From assembly GCF_000143415.4 (NCBI RefSeq), contig NW_003314365.1, positions 319,679 to 383,678 of the forward strand: a stretch of DNA of 64,000 bases, given 5' to 3'. The notes below the pieces were generated by a model that was not told the DNA's origin, did not search any database, and saw nothing but the letters and a program-made list of their open reading frames with translations. Source of the DNA: Selaginella moellendorffii (Eukaryota > Plantae > Lycopodiophyta). The translations under genes were made by a program, and so were the position numbers. Positions 1 to 15,000 of the stretch are shown piece after piece (the first letter of the stretch is position 1; the number at the start of each line of letters is the position of its first letter).

Positions 1-3000
1 AGGCATTTCAAGGTACTCTCCCAAGTATGTGTGATGCCGGTTAACACCAGCGTTTCAGACTATTGCTGGCGGGGCGCTGCCAAGGGTACTGGAGACAATG
101 AATCCGATGGTGAATGCCCTTCGCATGGTCTGGATTATCTCTCGCCATTATTCGGACGACGCACGAATGGGGTCCTTGATGGAGAGAATTGCACACCAGG
201 TATGGCCGCCAGTTGGCATGCGCGGCGAAAACAAAACTCTTTGTGTAGATTGCTGAAAAGGTTTCATCGGAAATAGACCTGAAGACACTTTTCACGGTGC
301 CTGCTGAATCTGCGGTCTCGAAGCTTACAATCGGCAAAGCTGTGTTGGATTCATGGAGCGAAGTTTATATGCAAGTCCGTGAACGAATTGAAGTTCAGGG
401 TCGTGATCCCAGGTACGAACCATCTCTTTCTTTGGCTTTGGCTGGCGGGCTACACCGTCTTTGCAAGTGCAGGTGGGAGTTCGATAGAAAGAAGCTGTTT
501 GAGCGCACAAGCTACATGGCATCCATTTGCATTGACCTCTTACATATAGTTCAAGTTTATTACGATTTTCACAACTTCCTAGGGCCAGAGCTGAAGGCCG
601 TGACCGGTGATACTCAGGGTGTTGATGCTGTGACCCAGGTAATAGTTGAGGAATGGTTTACTTTGTTCCTACACGTGCTAACGTTGGCAACTCGTGTAAA
701 TAGAAAGTTGCTGCGATGATAGAGCCCGTGGAAAAGCTTGCATTTGACGTGTTTGACAAAGCCTTCGCATTGCAATGGTCGGCCACAGTCTCAAACTTCA
801 ATATTGAGAAAGAAAATATTGAGCATCTTACGAAAGCATTTATTGACACTTCCTTCAAGAAGCTGCGCAGTGCTGAAGGTGTGGTTCTTCCTATTTTCTT
901 TTCTTTTCTTTTCTTTTCGTTTTTTTTTTCTCTAAGTGAGCTCTTTCTGTATAGGCGCTTTGGAGTTGCTTCGGAGTTTCAAAAACATCAAGAGCGAAGG
1001 GACCATCAACAAGCAGATGATGGATAAATTCAATGACATAATTATTCAAGTATTCACGCAGCTATCTCTGTAAGATAATAAGTCTTATTGTCTAGTTTCC
1101 CACGATTGATTACTTACCCCATTCATGGTTAATGCAGTTCACCAAGGAGATTGAAAGTGCACGAGAAATTTTTGACCGGCTCTCGTCTACCCCTCCAAGA
1201 ACTCGGAACCAAGTACTTTTCTGTCGTTTGACCGTTGCTTAAACACCTAGTGGCTGACACCTTTGTGCCTACAGCCTCCGGTTGCAGGTTCGATAAACTG
1301 GGCGAGGTCTCTCTTTGGACGTTTACGCAAAACAATGCGGAAATTCGAAACAGGTGGCACGGATATCGTTCAAGCTGCATCAGGGCTGGAGGTTGGTTGT
1401 CGTGGTATATCCTTTGTCTTAGCCATGTTTTAACAGATGGAAATACATTATCGAGCGTTTGCAAAGCAAATGATGTATTTTGAGAAGCAATGGATAACGA
1501 AGTGGGCGGATTCCGTCAACCACCACGCATCGGTATACATGAAACAGGTACGCCAAAAACCGAAGGCTGAGCTTCATGCAGTGAGGCTTTTGCAGTCCAT
1601 ATTGAGCAAGGGCCCGATAGGGAATGTCTCTATCAATTTTCATCCAAATCTTGTTCAAATCATTAGAGAGGCGAAGTATCTGGACGCAATGGGTTTTCAG
1701 CTTCCCGAAGTGGCGCTGAATGTAGCACTCCAGGAAGAAAAGTTTCAAACGTGCATCGAGAGCCTTCAGAATATGTTGCAGGTACCGGATTTTAATCTGG
1801 GATTGTGCAGCATTTAAAGAAAATCTTTCCTTCCAGAGGTACCATAATGTCCTGGAGATGTTGACGCCAGTGGAGTCGAAGCTTTTGGCAATTCGTGTGG
1901 ATAAACTGCAGCATGTGCTTGATCCTGGCTACAACCAGCTAAACTGGAACTCGTTGGGCATTCCGGAATTTGTGGGGGCGTGCATGAAATCAGTCTACGA
2001 ATTTAAGTCCATAGTAACCCAGGTAAACAAGTCACCTTGACAGTCTCAGTCATGTTCCTTTGTCTTGTCGAACCTGTTTACAGGTTCAAAACAACTCGGC
2101 TAGCATCGAGAAAGCCATAGAAACCATTGCCAAAACAAAGCTTTTGAACTTACCATCTGCCACTGGGGATGTCGAAAGCATGGAATTTCAGGTTCTAGTT
2201 TGACATATGGTTGCTGCAAAAATGTTATAGCGTGCACCTTTGTGCAGGAGATGTACGATTATATTGAAGAGCAGAGACTTAAGTCCGAGGAGAACGCACT
2301 AAAACAGTGAGTGTTAGATCTGACAGAATTTACAAGTTTTTAGCGTTTACGTTACAGGTACCAAGGGATCTCTCCTCTTCTGAAAAAACTGGAAGAAGTG
2401 GTGGTAGCAACAAACACGGGATCATCACCTGCGTTGATTGACTACTATAGTTTCTGGGAGCGAAAAATCTTCAAGGCTCTCAACCAGATGGTGATCGGTG
2501 GGCTAGATGCTCTTAAAGCTCTCTATCAGAAGGTTCCTACTGTAAAGGTACATGCTCCAAGTTCTTCTGGGTAGCCGTGTGATTATTGTGATGCAGGTTT
2601 CAAGCAGTAAGAAACCGGATTTTATACGCTATTTTAAACTGAACTGCTACTTAAATATCCCGGACATAGTTGTGCAGCCAAGCTTGACTGAGCTGACCAA
2701 GCTGCTTACAAATATGGTATGCGTTTCGAAGTAACAATTGGGTGTGCGTTGTGACGTAACCCGCCTTGTATCAGGTACGGAGTATCGTTGACTCGGCAAA
2801 GCCATTTATCAGGTGGATGGATGGGACTTGTTTGGAGACACCCGAGCAGGTTCGCATCTGGAAAATGATTATAGTTTCCTTGAATCAGTTCAATGCAAAC
2901 AGAGAGTTGGCAGTGAAGATGCGGAGCCTTTTATCTTTTCATTCTACAGCGACGTCTCGCTTAATCCCAAGGTGCGTTTCGCCACTCTGTTTAGTTAGCT

Positions 3001-6000
3001 CAAGAGGCTTCTCATACATTGCAGATCATAACATCCATGCTCACGTTAAATACTTGCATCGACAAAGTCTTGACTGGAGCGCACAAGTAAATTGCCATCT
3101 TTAAGCGGCATTTCACCTTTGGTTGTTCGTCAGACATTTGGATCACTGGAGAAAGTTTCAACACCTATGGAGGCAAGATAAACTCACCATTATTGGAAAG
3201 TTTGCGTCCAAGAATCCAACTTGTGCAAAATTCGAAGAAAAGCTTGCTAAGTATTACAAGGTAATGCATTTTTACCCTTATTGTGGCTTAGATGATTTTT
3301 GCAGGTTGCAACCGACATCTTAGAGCTTCCTAAAGAGAAAGCTGTGGAGTTTCTCGTATTTAACAGCCACCAGTTGGCGGCTTCTATCAATCAAGTAGCT
3401 CTTGGATGGGTCCAAGCTATTGGGAATGAAATGTCGAACTGTGAAAAGCCCCGAGTGACTGAACTCCACGCAAAGATTGACTACCTGTTCAATACTTTAC
3501 ACCTGGTATAACACCACTTTTGCTTCCTAGTTTTTATCGAGATTGTTTCCGCAGCCTCCAGAGACCTTGGAGACTCTGAAAATGGTCCTGAATGTGGTTG
3601 CGGAAGTCCAGAGTTCAGGCATGGTCATGGAGTTAGAGTATGTGATTGCATCTTGGTTGATGTGATCAGGCAATGTCCTTGTCAAACACAGATACATGGA
3701 CCTGGAAGAAAGAAACAGAACGCGGGAACTTTTTGGACTACACAACGATCCAGAAGAAAAGTCACGTATTTTAAGTATCAGAGAGAGGTAATGTTTTGTA
3801 ATTTATAATCATTATTTATTTGCAATTTTACTCCTTACCAGATGGCTAACCTTGGAGAAAGAGTGTTCTCTGCTAAACATTTCCTTGCAAGAAATCAAAC
3901 TGAAGTTCACTGAGACCACAAAGAAACAGGTATCAGCGCACTTCTGTTTTTAAATGCATCTCTCCTGCTTTTATGATTTCAGGTTGTTGAGTTTGCCAAG
4001 GAAGTCTCAGGATTTCGTGATCAGGCAGTACAACGAGGTCCGGCAAAAGCTCCGGACCTAGATGTTGGAGTGGAACTAATGGAGACCGCGCATGTATTGT
4101 CTCAAGTTCGAAATGGTGAATTTGTCTCATCGCGGTTTTTCAGGCCGAGTTGCTGAGGCTCCAGGGAAATAGGGAACAACTTGTCCTAGCTCAAAAGCTG
4201 TTTGACTTGCCTATAACACCATACCCTCTTTTAGCCGAGGTATCATTTGCTGCTATTATGGCACACTACACACTTGTTCTTTGTGACTGAAGGTGGAGAC
4301 ACTGTTGAAAAGCCTTTCACAAATCTATACAGTCTACACCGATTTCAGAACAACCGTTGACAATTACGCTAGCACTTTATGGGTTGAACTGGATATCCAA
4401 AGGCTAGTAGCTATTACTGAAGAATTTACTGTTCGGCTGAAGAGACTGCGTACTCTCAAAAACTTTCAACCGTATGCCCTGCTAGAAGCAAAAGTCAAGG
4501 GCTTTCAGGATTCGCTTCCGCTTATTCAAGTAAGCTGCTGCACTTAAGGTGTTCTAATGTGCTTCTTTTTGGTGTACGTGTGTAGGACCTGAAAAGTGAT
4601 GCGTTACGATCACGCCATTGGGAAAAGCTGATGGAAGTAACAGGAAAATCTTTTGACATGGATCCTAAATCATTCACACTGGCAAACCTTTTCAGAATGG
4701 AGCTACATAATTTTGCTGCTGTAATCAGGTAACATTACAACTTACCTGTTCCAATTTTACATTTTATTTTTGCTCCTACAGTGACATAACGAATTCAGCA
4801 CAGAAGGAGCTCAACATTGAAATGGACCTGAAAAAAATGGCTGAAATATGGAAAGAGCAGCAATTTGAAATATTCAAATACAACAAGGACGGCATGGATC
4901 GGGGCTGGGCATTAAAATCCACAGAACCTATCGTTGTACTGCTCGAAGATATGATGCTTAACCTTCAGAGCATGGTGAGCTCGCGCTTTGTGCGTGCATT
5001 CTTGAACGAAGTAAATAACTGGGAGAGAAAGTTGAGCCTCATTGGAGAGGTCATCGACATCTTAATGCAGGTATTCTTCCCACTTTTTCCACTTACTCAT
5101 GTAACCATCGATTTATGATCTGTGTAGGTGCAAAGGAAGTGGATGTACTTGGAAAGCATATTTATCTCAGATGATATTCGACATCAGCTGCCCGATGAGG
5201 CCAAGCGTTTTGATAATATCGACAAGACCTGGAAGAAGATAATGAATGAAACTGTTAAAAATCCAAATATAGTGGATGCCTGCACGGCACCAGATCGGCT
5301 TGCGACGCTCAATGTTCTTTACACGCAGCTGGAAACTTGTCAAAAGAGTCTGACAGAGTAAGAGCTTTTCTGTTCTGCTTTCTTTTTTCAGTACTGTTTT
5401 GACCTGCCGGAAAATGCAGGTACTTGGACACAAAGAGAAATGCGTTTCCACGTTTTTTCTTTGTTTCTGATGATGAGCTTCTCTCAGTTTTGGGCAGCTC
5501 TGATCCAACTGCTATTCAGGAACACATGCTCAAACTTTTTGACAATTGTGCAGCTTTAGACTTTGGAGAGCGGTCAAAAACTGTTGTCGGGATGAAATCA
5601 TCTGAAGGTGAAACATATGCCTTACGGGCTCCTATATCAACAGATGGGCCTGTCGAAGTTTGGATGAAAAAGGTGGAAGCTGAAATGAGGCGTTCGCTAT
5701 ATCAAATATCTAAGGAAGGTGTGTATCACTATGCCAAGGCAAGGCGTACCAAGTGGATTACAGACAATCTCGGTATGGTTACCCTTGTTGGGAGTCAAAT
5801 ATGGTGGACATGGGAGGTTGAAGATGCTTTCAACAGTGTGCGGTCTGGTAACAAAAATTCCATGAAAGTCTTTAGCTTCAAGTTGACAGATCAGCTTAAC
5901 GAGCTAGTTGGAATGGTTCGCTCCGATTTGAGTAATCTACAGCGAAAGAAGGTTCAATGGTTTAAAAGTCTTTTCCTCGAGTGACATGAAGCTTTACGCA

Positions 6001-9000
6001 GGTGAATGCGTTGATCATTATTGAGGTGCATGCAAGAGATATAATAGATACGTTTGTCCGAGACAGTATTCTGGACCACAGAGAGTTTGCCTGGGAGAGC
6101 CAGCTGCGTTTTTACTGGGACCGGGAGGTTGACGATATAGTCATAAGGTTGGATGGCTGTAGTAACTTGTGTTTCACCATACGTTTCTGATTGCAGGCAA
6201 TGTACTGGACAGTTTCTTTTTGGCTACGAATACATGGGTCTAAACGGAAGGCTCGTCATTACTGCTTTAACCGATCGATGCTATATGACTCTAACAACTG
6301 CTCTTACTTACCGTCTTGGAGGCGCTCCCGCTGGCCCAGCAGGAACAGGCAAGACCGAGACGACAAAAGATCTCGCAAAATCTATGGCGTTACTTTGTGT
6401 CGTTTTTAATTGTGGTGATGGTCTGGACTACAAGGTTAGTCCAAAGAAGCTCTTGCTTTGGAAAAGCTTACGGTTCTCCTTTTTCACTGTGCAGGCCATG
6501 GGGTCGATTTTCTCTGGTCTCGTGCAATGCGGAGCTTGGGGTTGCTTTGACGAGTTCAATCGCATCGAAGCCGAAGTTTTGTCTGTCGTTTCTTCCCAGA
6601 TTAAGCAAATTCAAGTTTTGTAAACTTCTGTCAAAGACTTCATGCTGATCGATTTTTCCTGCAGGAAGCCTTGAAAAACAACCTCAAAAAGTTTCAATTT
6701 GAGGGGAAGGAGATAGCTCTTGATTCGAGGACAGGAATTTTTATTACAATGAATCCAGGTTATGCCGGCAGAACGGAGCTGCCTGACAACTTGAAGGCTC
6801 TGTTTCGTCCAGTGACAATGATCGTGCCTGACTTGCAGCAAATCTGCGAGATCATGCTTTTCTCTGAAGGGTACGGTTTTCCTGTTATGAAAGGAGCTCT
6901 CTAACTCCCTTTGCTGCAGTTTTGACACAGCAAAAGTTCTAGCAAAGAAGATGACTGTACTTTACAAGCTTGCAAGGGAGCAACTGTCCAAGCAATACCA
7001 CTATGACTTTGGCCTTCGTGCCCTGAAGTCAGTGCTAGTAATGGCAGGGGCATTGAAACGTGGTGCTCCTGACATGAGTGAACAGCTGGTGCTTATGCGA
7101 GCACTTCGTGACATGAACCTGCCGAAGTTCATATTCGAGGACGTACCGTTATTCCTTGGTCTTATTAACGACTTGTTCCCTGGCCTGGATTGTCCTCGTG
7201 TGCGCTATCCGTCATTCAATGACATTGTTGAACACGACTTGGAGGTACATAAGCTTGCTAGCAGTGAAAGGCAGCTCTTAGCTGATGGCATCTTGGATTA
7301 CAGGAAAATGGCTACCTGGTCATGACCGGTCCGAGTGAACAGGTTGATAAAGTTATTCAGCTATACGAAACTATGCTCACTAGACATACCACCATGGTTG
7401 TCGGACCAACCGGAGGTGGTAAGAGCGTGATCATACAAACGCTTGCACGAGCTCAGACTAAACTCAATTGTCCAACCAAGTTGAGCATTATAAACCCAAA
7501 GGCTCAGCCTACGACTGAGCTCTACGGTTTGATGGGTAAGGACATGGTATTTCTTTTATTTGCTTGATAAGAAACTGTATGCAGATCCTGAGACTCGAGA
7601 CTGGACGGATGGTCTACTTTCAAATATATTTCGAGAAATGAACAAGCCTCTTGCTCCAGATAGAAACGATAGGTTCTACCTCGTATTCGATGGAGACGTG
7701 GACGCTCTGTGGGTAGAGGATATGAACAGTGTGATGGATGACAACAAGCTGCTCACTCTTCCGAATGGAGAGCGAATCCGTTTGCAGAATCATTGTAAGC
7801 TGCTTTTTGAGGTACGAGGACTTCGATTTTCCCCTTACTTGATTACTTTATATTCCTTGCTCCCGTAGGTGTCGGATTTGCAGTACGCTTCACCAGCTAC
7901 CGTAAGTAGGTGTGGGATGGTCTTTGTCGACTCTAAGAATTTGGGATTCAAACCGTATATTTGGAAATGGGTCAACAAACGAGCCAAGTAGGGATTTTGC
8001 ATTTGTTTGGCTGGATTTACATTTCTAGATGTTACAGTAAGGAGGAAGCTGGATTATTGAACGAACTATTCGAGAAGTACGCACAAAAATGCATAGAATA
8101 CGTGCTGGAAGGCGTAACAGAGGAGGAAATCACTTCTCCTTTGGTATTGACAATTCCGCTTACCAACCTGAATATGGCTGCTCAACTGTGCACTCTTTTA
8201 GAAGCTATCCTGACAGAAGATCAGCCTATCACTGCTCCACAGGTTTTAAAGATGCAAGGAATCTGGACCTTAGTGTTTACGCCTCTCGCATTTTGCAGGT
8301 GCTTGAGGCTGTGTTTATTTTTTCTTTGGTATGGTCAATAGGGGCCGGAGTGGTGCAGTCCACGGCAGTCCGTGACCGAGAGCGTTTCGACAAGTTTATC
8401 AAGTCTTTGGCTCTAATTGGAACAAGTACTGCGGATCCCCTCCCACCCACACAATTGCCGGCAGAATCCCTCTACGATTTCTGCTTCAGTGTCAAGGATC
8501 TTCAGTGGCGATCATGGAAGTTGATGGTCCCGGAATATGAGGTAGATTACTTTTTCAGTATGCTTGTTTTCACCTAATGCATACTTCCTTTGCAGCCTCC
8601 ACCTGATCGCGTGTTCAGCAAAATCTTGGTTCCAACCATAGATACCGTGAGATCAACGTGGCTTTTGGACACGTTCATGGAGGTAAGCTTGCTACTCTTT
8701 TACACGACTTTGTGGCCGAAGAAGTTTCACTCCGTGCAGATTGGCAAAGCTGTTCTCTTCGTTGGAGAAAGTGGAACCGCTAAAACCGTTATCATACAAA
8801 AGTACTTGGGCGCTATGCCGACAGCTAGCACGCTGATATTGAGCTCGAATTTTAGCAGTCGCACCACATCCATGGACGTGCAGATTACAGTTGAAGACGT
8901 GCTAGAGAAACGAACCAAGGTGCTTGCTCTCTACCTGTCCATTAATGTTCATTCAGCGATGCCTGGGTCTCCCCGCAGGACATTTACGGGCCTCCGGTTG

Positions 9001-12000
9001 GAAGGAAAATGATACTGTTTATTGATGACATGAACATGCCTAGAGTTGACACGTATGGCACTCAGCAGCCGATTGCAATGCTGAAGCTGCTGATTGAGCG
9101 TGGAGGTATATACGACCGAGGGTAAGTGTCTTGTCTCTTTTGTGAGCCCAGGAGGAGTGATGCTTCTTGCCTTGGCAGGAAGGAACTCAACTGGAAATTT
9201 ATCAAAGACGTGCAGTATGTTGGCGCAATGGGTCGTCCTGGAGGTGCAAGGAACAACGTCGACCCGCGATTTATCTCCCTCTTTGCCGTCCTGGAAATAC
9301 AGTTTCCATCCAACCAATCCTTGTCGCATATCTATAACGCGATTTTGGAGGCTCATGCCAAGAATCTTGCGTCCGACATTAAGGTTAACGTCAATTTTTG
9401 CTTCTTCTATACCTCAACATTGTGTGGTATCTGCAGGAAAGTACTCGAGTCATAACGGACGTCACCTTGGAACTCTACAACTACATACTTGATCGGCTTC
9501 CTCCAACACCATCGCGCTTCCACTACATCTTTAATCTACGAGATTTAAGCAGGATATACGAGGGACTCTGCCTGTCTACCCCGGACACAACGAAGAATGC
9601 CGCACAGATGGTGCGGCTATGGAGGAACGAGGCACTGAGAATATTCTACGATCGTCTCATCTCTGACAAAGACAAAGAGATTGTGGAGGTACGATATGCT
9701 GTCGTACTTTTCATGCTCATTGGCCAGCTCTCATTGCATAAACAGAGTAAGCTCACGGAATTACTCAAACTCAAGCTGCCAAATTCAGCAGACTATGCTG
9801 CGGGCAATCCTATCCTGTATGGTGACTACAAGAATGCTCTCAAGGAAAGTGAAGTGCGGCTGTACGTAGACGTTGGAAACTACGACGTAGTGAAGCCAAT
9901 ATTTGAAGAAATCCTGGACGAATACAGCTTGACGAACAAGAGAATGAACCTTGTCATGTTCAAGGACGCGCTGGAGCAGCTGACGCATATTCATCGGATC
10001 ATGCGCCTTGATCAGGTATGCGTAACAAGATTTTAGCCGCCTTGCCAATATTTTTGCTCCAGGGGAATGCGCTCCTCGTCGGCGTTGGCGGCAGTGGCAA
10101 GAAGAGCCTGTCTAAGCTGTCCGCCTTTACGGCTGGATGCAGCATTTTTGAGATAACTCTCACCAGGGGATACAACGAGGAAACATTTAGGGAGGACTTG
10201 AAGAAGCTGTATAACATGTTAGGCGTTGAGAACCGTTCTGTAGTCTTCCTTTTCACGGATGCTCACGTTGTGGACGAGGGTTTTCTTGAGCTTGTAAACA
10301 ACATGCTAACTTCTGGAATGGTACCCGCACTCTTTGCGGAAGACGAGAAGGATGGAATGATCGGCCAGGTAAGTTCGATGCTGTACCCCGGTCATACTGT
10401 CCTCACCTTTTCCAATGCAGATTCGAGATGCTGTCACCGCTGCTGGAATCGTCGACACCAAAGAAAACTGCTGGGCCTATTTCATTCGTCGTTGTCGCAG
10501 TAACTTGCATGTCACTCTGGCAATGTCTCCAGTTGGTGAACTTTTGAGAACCCGCTGCCGGAACTTTCCTGGCATGGTATACCGTCTTTTTATTTTTTTT
10601 TCTCTTTGCCAACACATTTGTTTTATATTTTCTCAGGTGAACAATTGTGTCATAAACTGGCTAACACCATGGCCTGAAGAAGCACTTCACTCTGTGGCTA
10701 CGGTCTTTCTATCGGAGTTAGACCTCCCGGAAAACCTGCGCCCCCATATCCTAGAGCATATGGTCATGGTTCACCAATCTGTGTGCAAGGTGAGTGCAGA
10801 TTTTGAGCAGAAAATGCGTCGCTACAACTATGTCACGCCCAAAAACTTTCTCGACTTTATTGAAAACTATCGGACGTCACTCGTCAAGACCAGGGTTAAT
10901 AACAGTGATATGGCTGCAAGACTGAATGGTGGTCTCCAAAAACTGATTCAGGCGAAGGTTGAGGTTTCAGAAATGCAGGTACACTACCTCTAGCTATTAC
11001 AAACTTTTTCCTATAATCTGCTATTTCCTAGATTACTCTTGCGGACGCGAAAATTGTTGTTGATGCCAAGACAAAGGAATGTAACGAGCTTCTCGAAGTT
11101 ATCAGGTAAACTTGCCTTATGCACTGGATGCTTGCCTTATGCACTGAAGGCTAACATATTTAACCTACAGCAAGAATACCGCTGAAGTTCAGACAAAACA
11201 AGGCATTGCAAATGATAAAGCCGTGGATTTATCCAAGCAAAGTGAGGTTATAACAAGAGAGAAAGCAGAGGCAGAGGTAGCTCTTGCGGAAGCACTACCA
11301 GCATTGGAAGCAGCTGCTGAAGCTCTTAACAGTCTTAAAAAGGAAGAGATTACCGAGATTAGATCTTTTGCCAAGCCTCACATCTTAGTGCAAAAGGTAA
11401 CAGTTTGTCTAGTGTGATGTGAGATTACTAGGGCCAAAATACAGGTGTGCGAGTGCGTGGTTATCTTGAGGGGCATCAAAGACGTGTCTTGGAAAGGTGC
11501 CAAGGCAATGATGGCTGACAACAGGTTTTTGGCCACGTTAATGGAGTTTGACAAGGATTCCATTACCGAGAAGCAGGTTGCTCTGTCGCTCCCCGTCTCC
11601 TAACGAGCATGCACAGCTAAGAGGTGTTTTTCAGATGCGAGCTCTCAAGGAGTACTTTAAGGATCCAAAACTGAATTTGGACGAACTAAGTACCATCTCC
11701 ACAGCCGGAGCTGGGCTTCTCCGCTGGGTGGTTGCCATGGTAAACTACTACGGAGTAGCAAAAGTTGTGCAGCCCAAGAGGCTGGCGGTTGCCAATGCCG
11801 AAAAGAATCTAAAGAATGCACAGAAGGAGCTTGAGAAAATACAGGAGGAGGTTTGTTTTTAAAAAGGCACTCTTTGTGTCTTAAGCACCCCTTTACTCCA
11901 GCGCAGGTGAGGCAGCTTTCTGAGCAGCTGGGAGCTCTTCAGAAGCAATTTGAGGACAACACAGCAGAGCAGCAAGCACTTAAGGAGAAAGCAGACCTCA

Positions 12001-15000
12001 TGGAGAAGCGTTTGAGCGCTGCTGAACGTCTTATCGTTGGCTTGGGCTCGGAGCACGAGAGATGGTCTCGAGAACTGGGCGACCTTGCTGTTGCTCGAGT
12101 CAAGCTGATTGGAGACTGCCTCGTCACCTCCAGCTTCCTGAGGTTGGCTAAACTATGACTATGCTACTACGGTTATGTTGACTTACTACTATCGTTTTCT
12201 CCCAGCTACTGCGGGGCATTTACAATGGACTACAGGACGGAGCTCATTCAAAATATCTGGCTCGCAGACATCCAATCCAAAGAGTTGCCCTGCACAGACC
12301 CTTTCTTCCTAGAGAACATTTTAACGAGTGAAGTTGAGATTAGCAAGTGGAACAGCGAGGGATTGCCATCGAATGAGCTCTCCATTCAGAACGGCATACT
12401 CACAACAAGGGCGTCCCGCTTTCCTCTTTGCATTGACCCGCAAATGCAGGTATAGTTCTGTGATAACTCCAACCCAACTCTTCTTTTGCTGAGCAGGCCA
12501 TATCCTGGATAAAAAAGAAGGAGGGCAAGCAGCTTGAGGGCCGGGTGAAAACCTTCAATGACTCTGACTTCGTGAAGCAGCTTGAGATGGCAATCCAGTA
12601 TGGGTTTCCATTTATGTTTGAAAATGTGGACGAGTATATAGACCCTGTCATAGATCCGGTTCTAGAAAGAACATTCACATCTGCTGGTGGTGCAAGGAAA
12701 AGTGTCAAGCTCGGGGATAAAGACGTCGAATGGGTGAGCATACAATCTTTCAGGACTGTATTTGTTTTTGACTGTTCAGCGGCAAACAGGACGACAACTT
12801 TAGGCTGTATTTAATAAGCAAGCTTCCGAATCCTCACTATGGCCCAGAAATATCCGGAAAGACTATGATCATCAACTATGGCGTCACTGAACAAGGGCTG
12901 CAGTCGCAGCTGCTAAATGCCACGGTAAGCTGGCCAGCTTTCTGAGTTTGACGCTCTTTTTTGCTTTTCAACAGGTAAGACATGAAAGGCCCGACCTTGA
13001 GGAACAAAGAGAAGAGCTTGTGAGGGACACTAGCGAGAACAAGGCGCTGTTGAAACAGCTCGAAGACACCCTTCTGCGGGTATGCCTGGTGTTCGTTCCT
13101 ACGTAAACCTGCAATGACTACGTTTCCACTCCGGTCTGTCAGGAACTAAGCAATGCCACGGGTAACATTCTGGATAACGAGGAACTGCTGACAACTTTGG
13201 AAAACACGAAGCTTAAAGCATCTGAGATTTCTCACAAGCTGAAGCTCGCCCGGGATACGTCCGTAGAGATCGATCAAGTAAGTTGTTGTGTCCATGAACC
13301 GTGTGAGTTTTTCTGGTTCGTGTGCAGCTGCGCCTGAGGTACTCCCCGGCTGCCAAGAGGGGTGCCATCCTCTTTTTTGTCATGTCCGGCCTCTCCGCTA
13401 TCAACAACATGTACGAGTACTCGCTGGCATCCTTTCTGCAAGTGTTTGAGATATCACTGGCCACGAGCAAGCGGGAACCCACACTAGACTCGCGGCTACG
13501 CAGCATCATCGACGCTGTCACATACGACGTGTACAATTATACGTGCACGGGGCTGTTTGAGAAGCACAAGTTGATGCTCTCCTTCCAGCTAACAACCAGG
13601 ATCATCGACGGGGAGACAGGAATGGATCATGCTCAGCTGCAGTTCTTCCTCAAGGGCAACCTGTCTCTGGAGAAATCGCCCCTGCCAAAGCCACACGACT
13701 GGTTTCCGGACACGGGGTGGCAAGATGTCGTGGAGATGATGGAACTGGGCCCGCAGTTCAAAGCTCTAGTAGACCACTTCTCGGAGAATGGACCGGAATG
13801 GAAGTCATGGTACGAGGAAGATCAGCCAGAGATGGCATCCATGCCAGGACAATTCAACGACAAGCTCAATTTTTTCGAGCAGCTCTGCGTCTTACGCTGC
13901 TTCCGCATCGACAGGATCACGGTCGCTGTCACGGTAAAATTGAATGCTAATTGTTTGCTGATCAATGTGTTTGATCACTTGTAAAACTGCAGCGGTACGT
14001 GATAGACCGGATGGGAGAGAAGTATGTCATGCCTCCGGTGCTCGACTACAAGAGCATACACCGCCAAAGCTCGGCATTGACGCCCATCGTCTTCATTCTT
14101 AGCCCTGGTGCTGACCCAGCTTTCGACGTTTTCAACCTGGGAGAGGAGATGGGGTTCAAGCCCGGTGCAAAGCTCAAGTATATGGCTCTGGGACAGGGAA
14201 TGGGACCAAAGGCTGCAGAGACACTCGAGTCGGGCTCCGGCCGTGGCCTGTGGGTCATGCTTCAAAATTGTCATCTGCTCCCGTCCTGGCTAAAGACGCT
14301 GGAAAAGATCCTTGAGAAGATAACCAAACCTCATCCCGAATTCAGGCTTTGGCTCACCACGGAGCCGACGTCAACTTTCCCTCTTGGCATCCTGCAGCGC
14401 AGCTTAAAAGTTGTCACGGAGCCCCCCAACGGGCTCAAGCTCAACTTGAGATCATCGTACGCCAAAATCACCGAAGAGATGCTTGCCGACTGCCCACACT
14501 TTGCTTTCCGTCCGCAGGTGGGTCTCTGCTCTCGGAGGCACTCACGCCACCTTGACTTCTGTATATGTGCAGGTGTTTGTGGTTGCCTTTTTCCATGCAG
14601 TGGTGCAAGAGCGGCGAAAGTACGGAAGGCTTGGATGGAATGTCCCTTACGACTTTAACGAGACCGACCTTCGCATCAGGTGAGCTCTTGCGCTAGCTCC
14701 GCGTGCTTAACCCCTCGCCTTCCCTCCTGCACAGCCTGTTGCTCATCTCCACGTACCTGCGGAAGGCTTTTGATAACAGGGATGACACCATACCATGGGG
14801 CACACTGCGCTACCTCATTGGTGAGGCCATGTATGGAGGGCGTGTCTCGGACTCGTTCGACCGGAGGATCTTGAAAACTTACCTGGATGAATACCTGGGG
14901 GACTTTTTGTTTGACAAGTTCCATCCCTTTTTTTTCTACACCAAAGACGATGGCTCTGGCTATATGCTTCCTCCTGCAGGGCCCAGAGAGAACTACACCA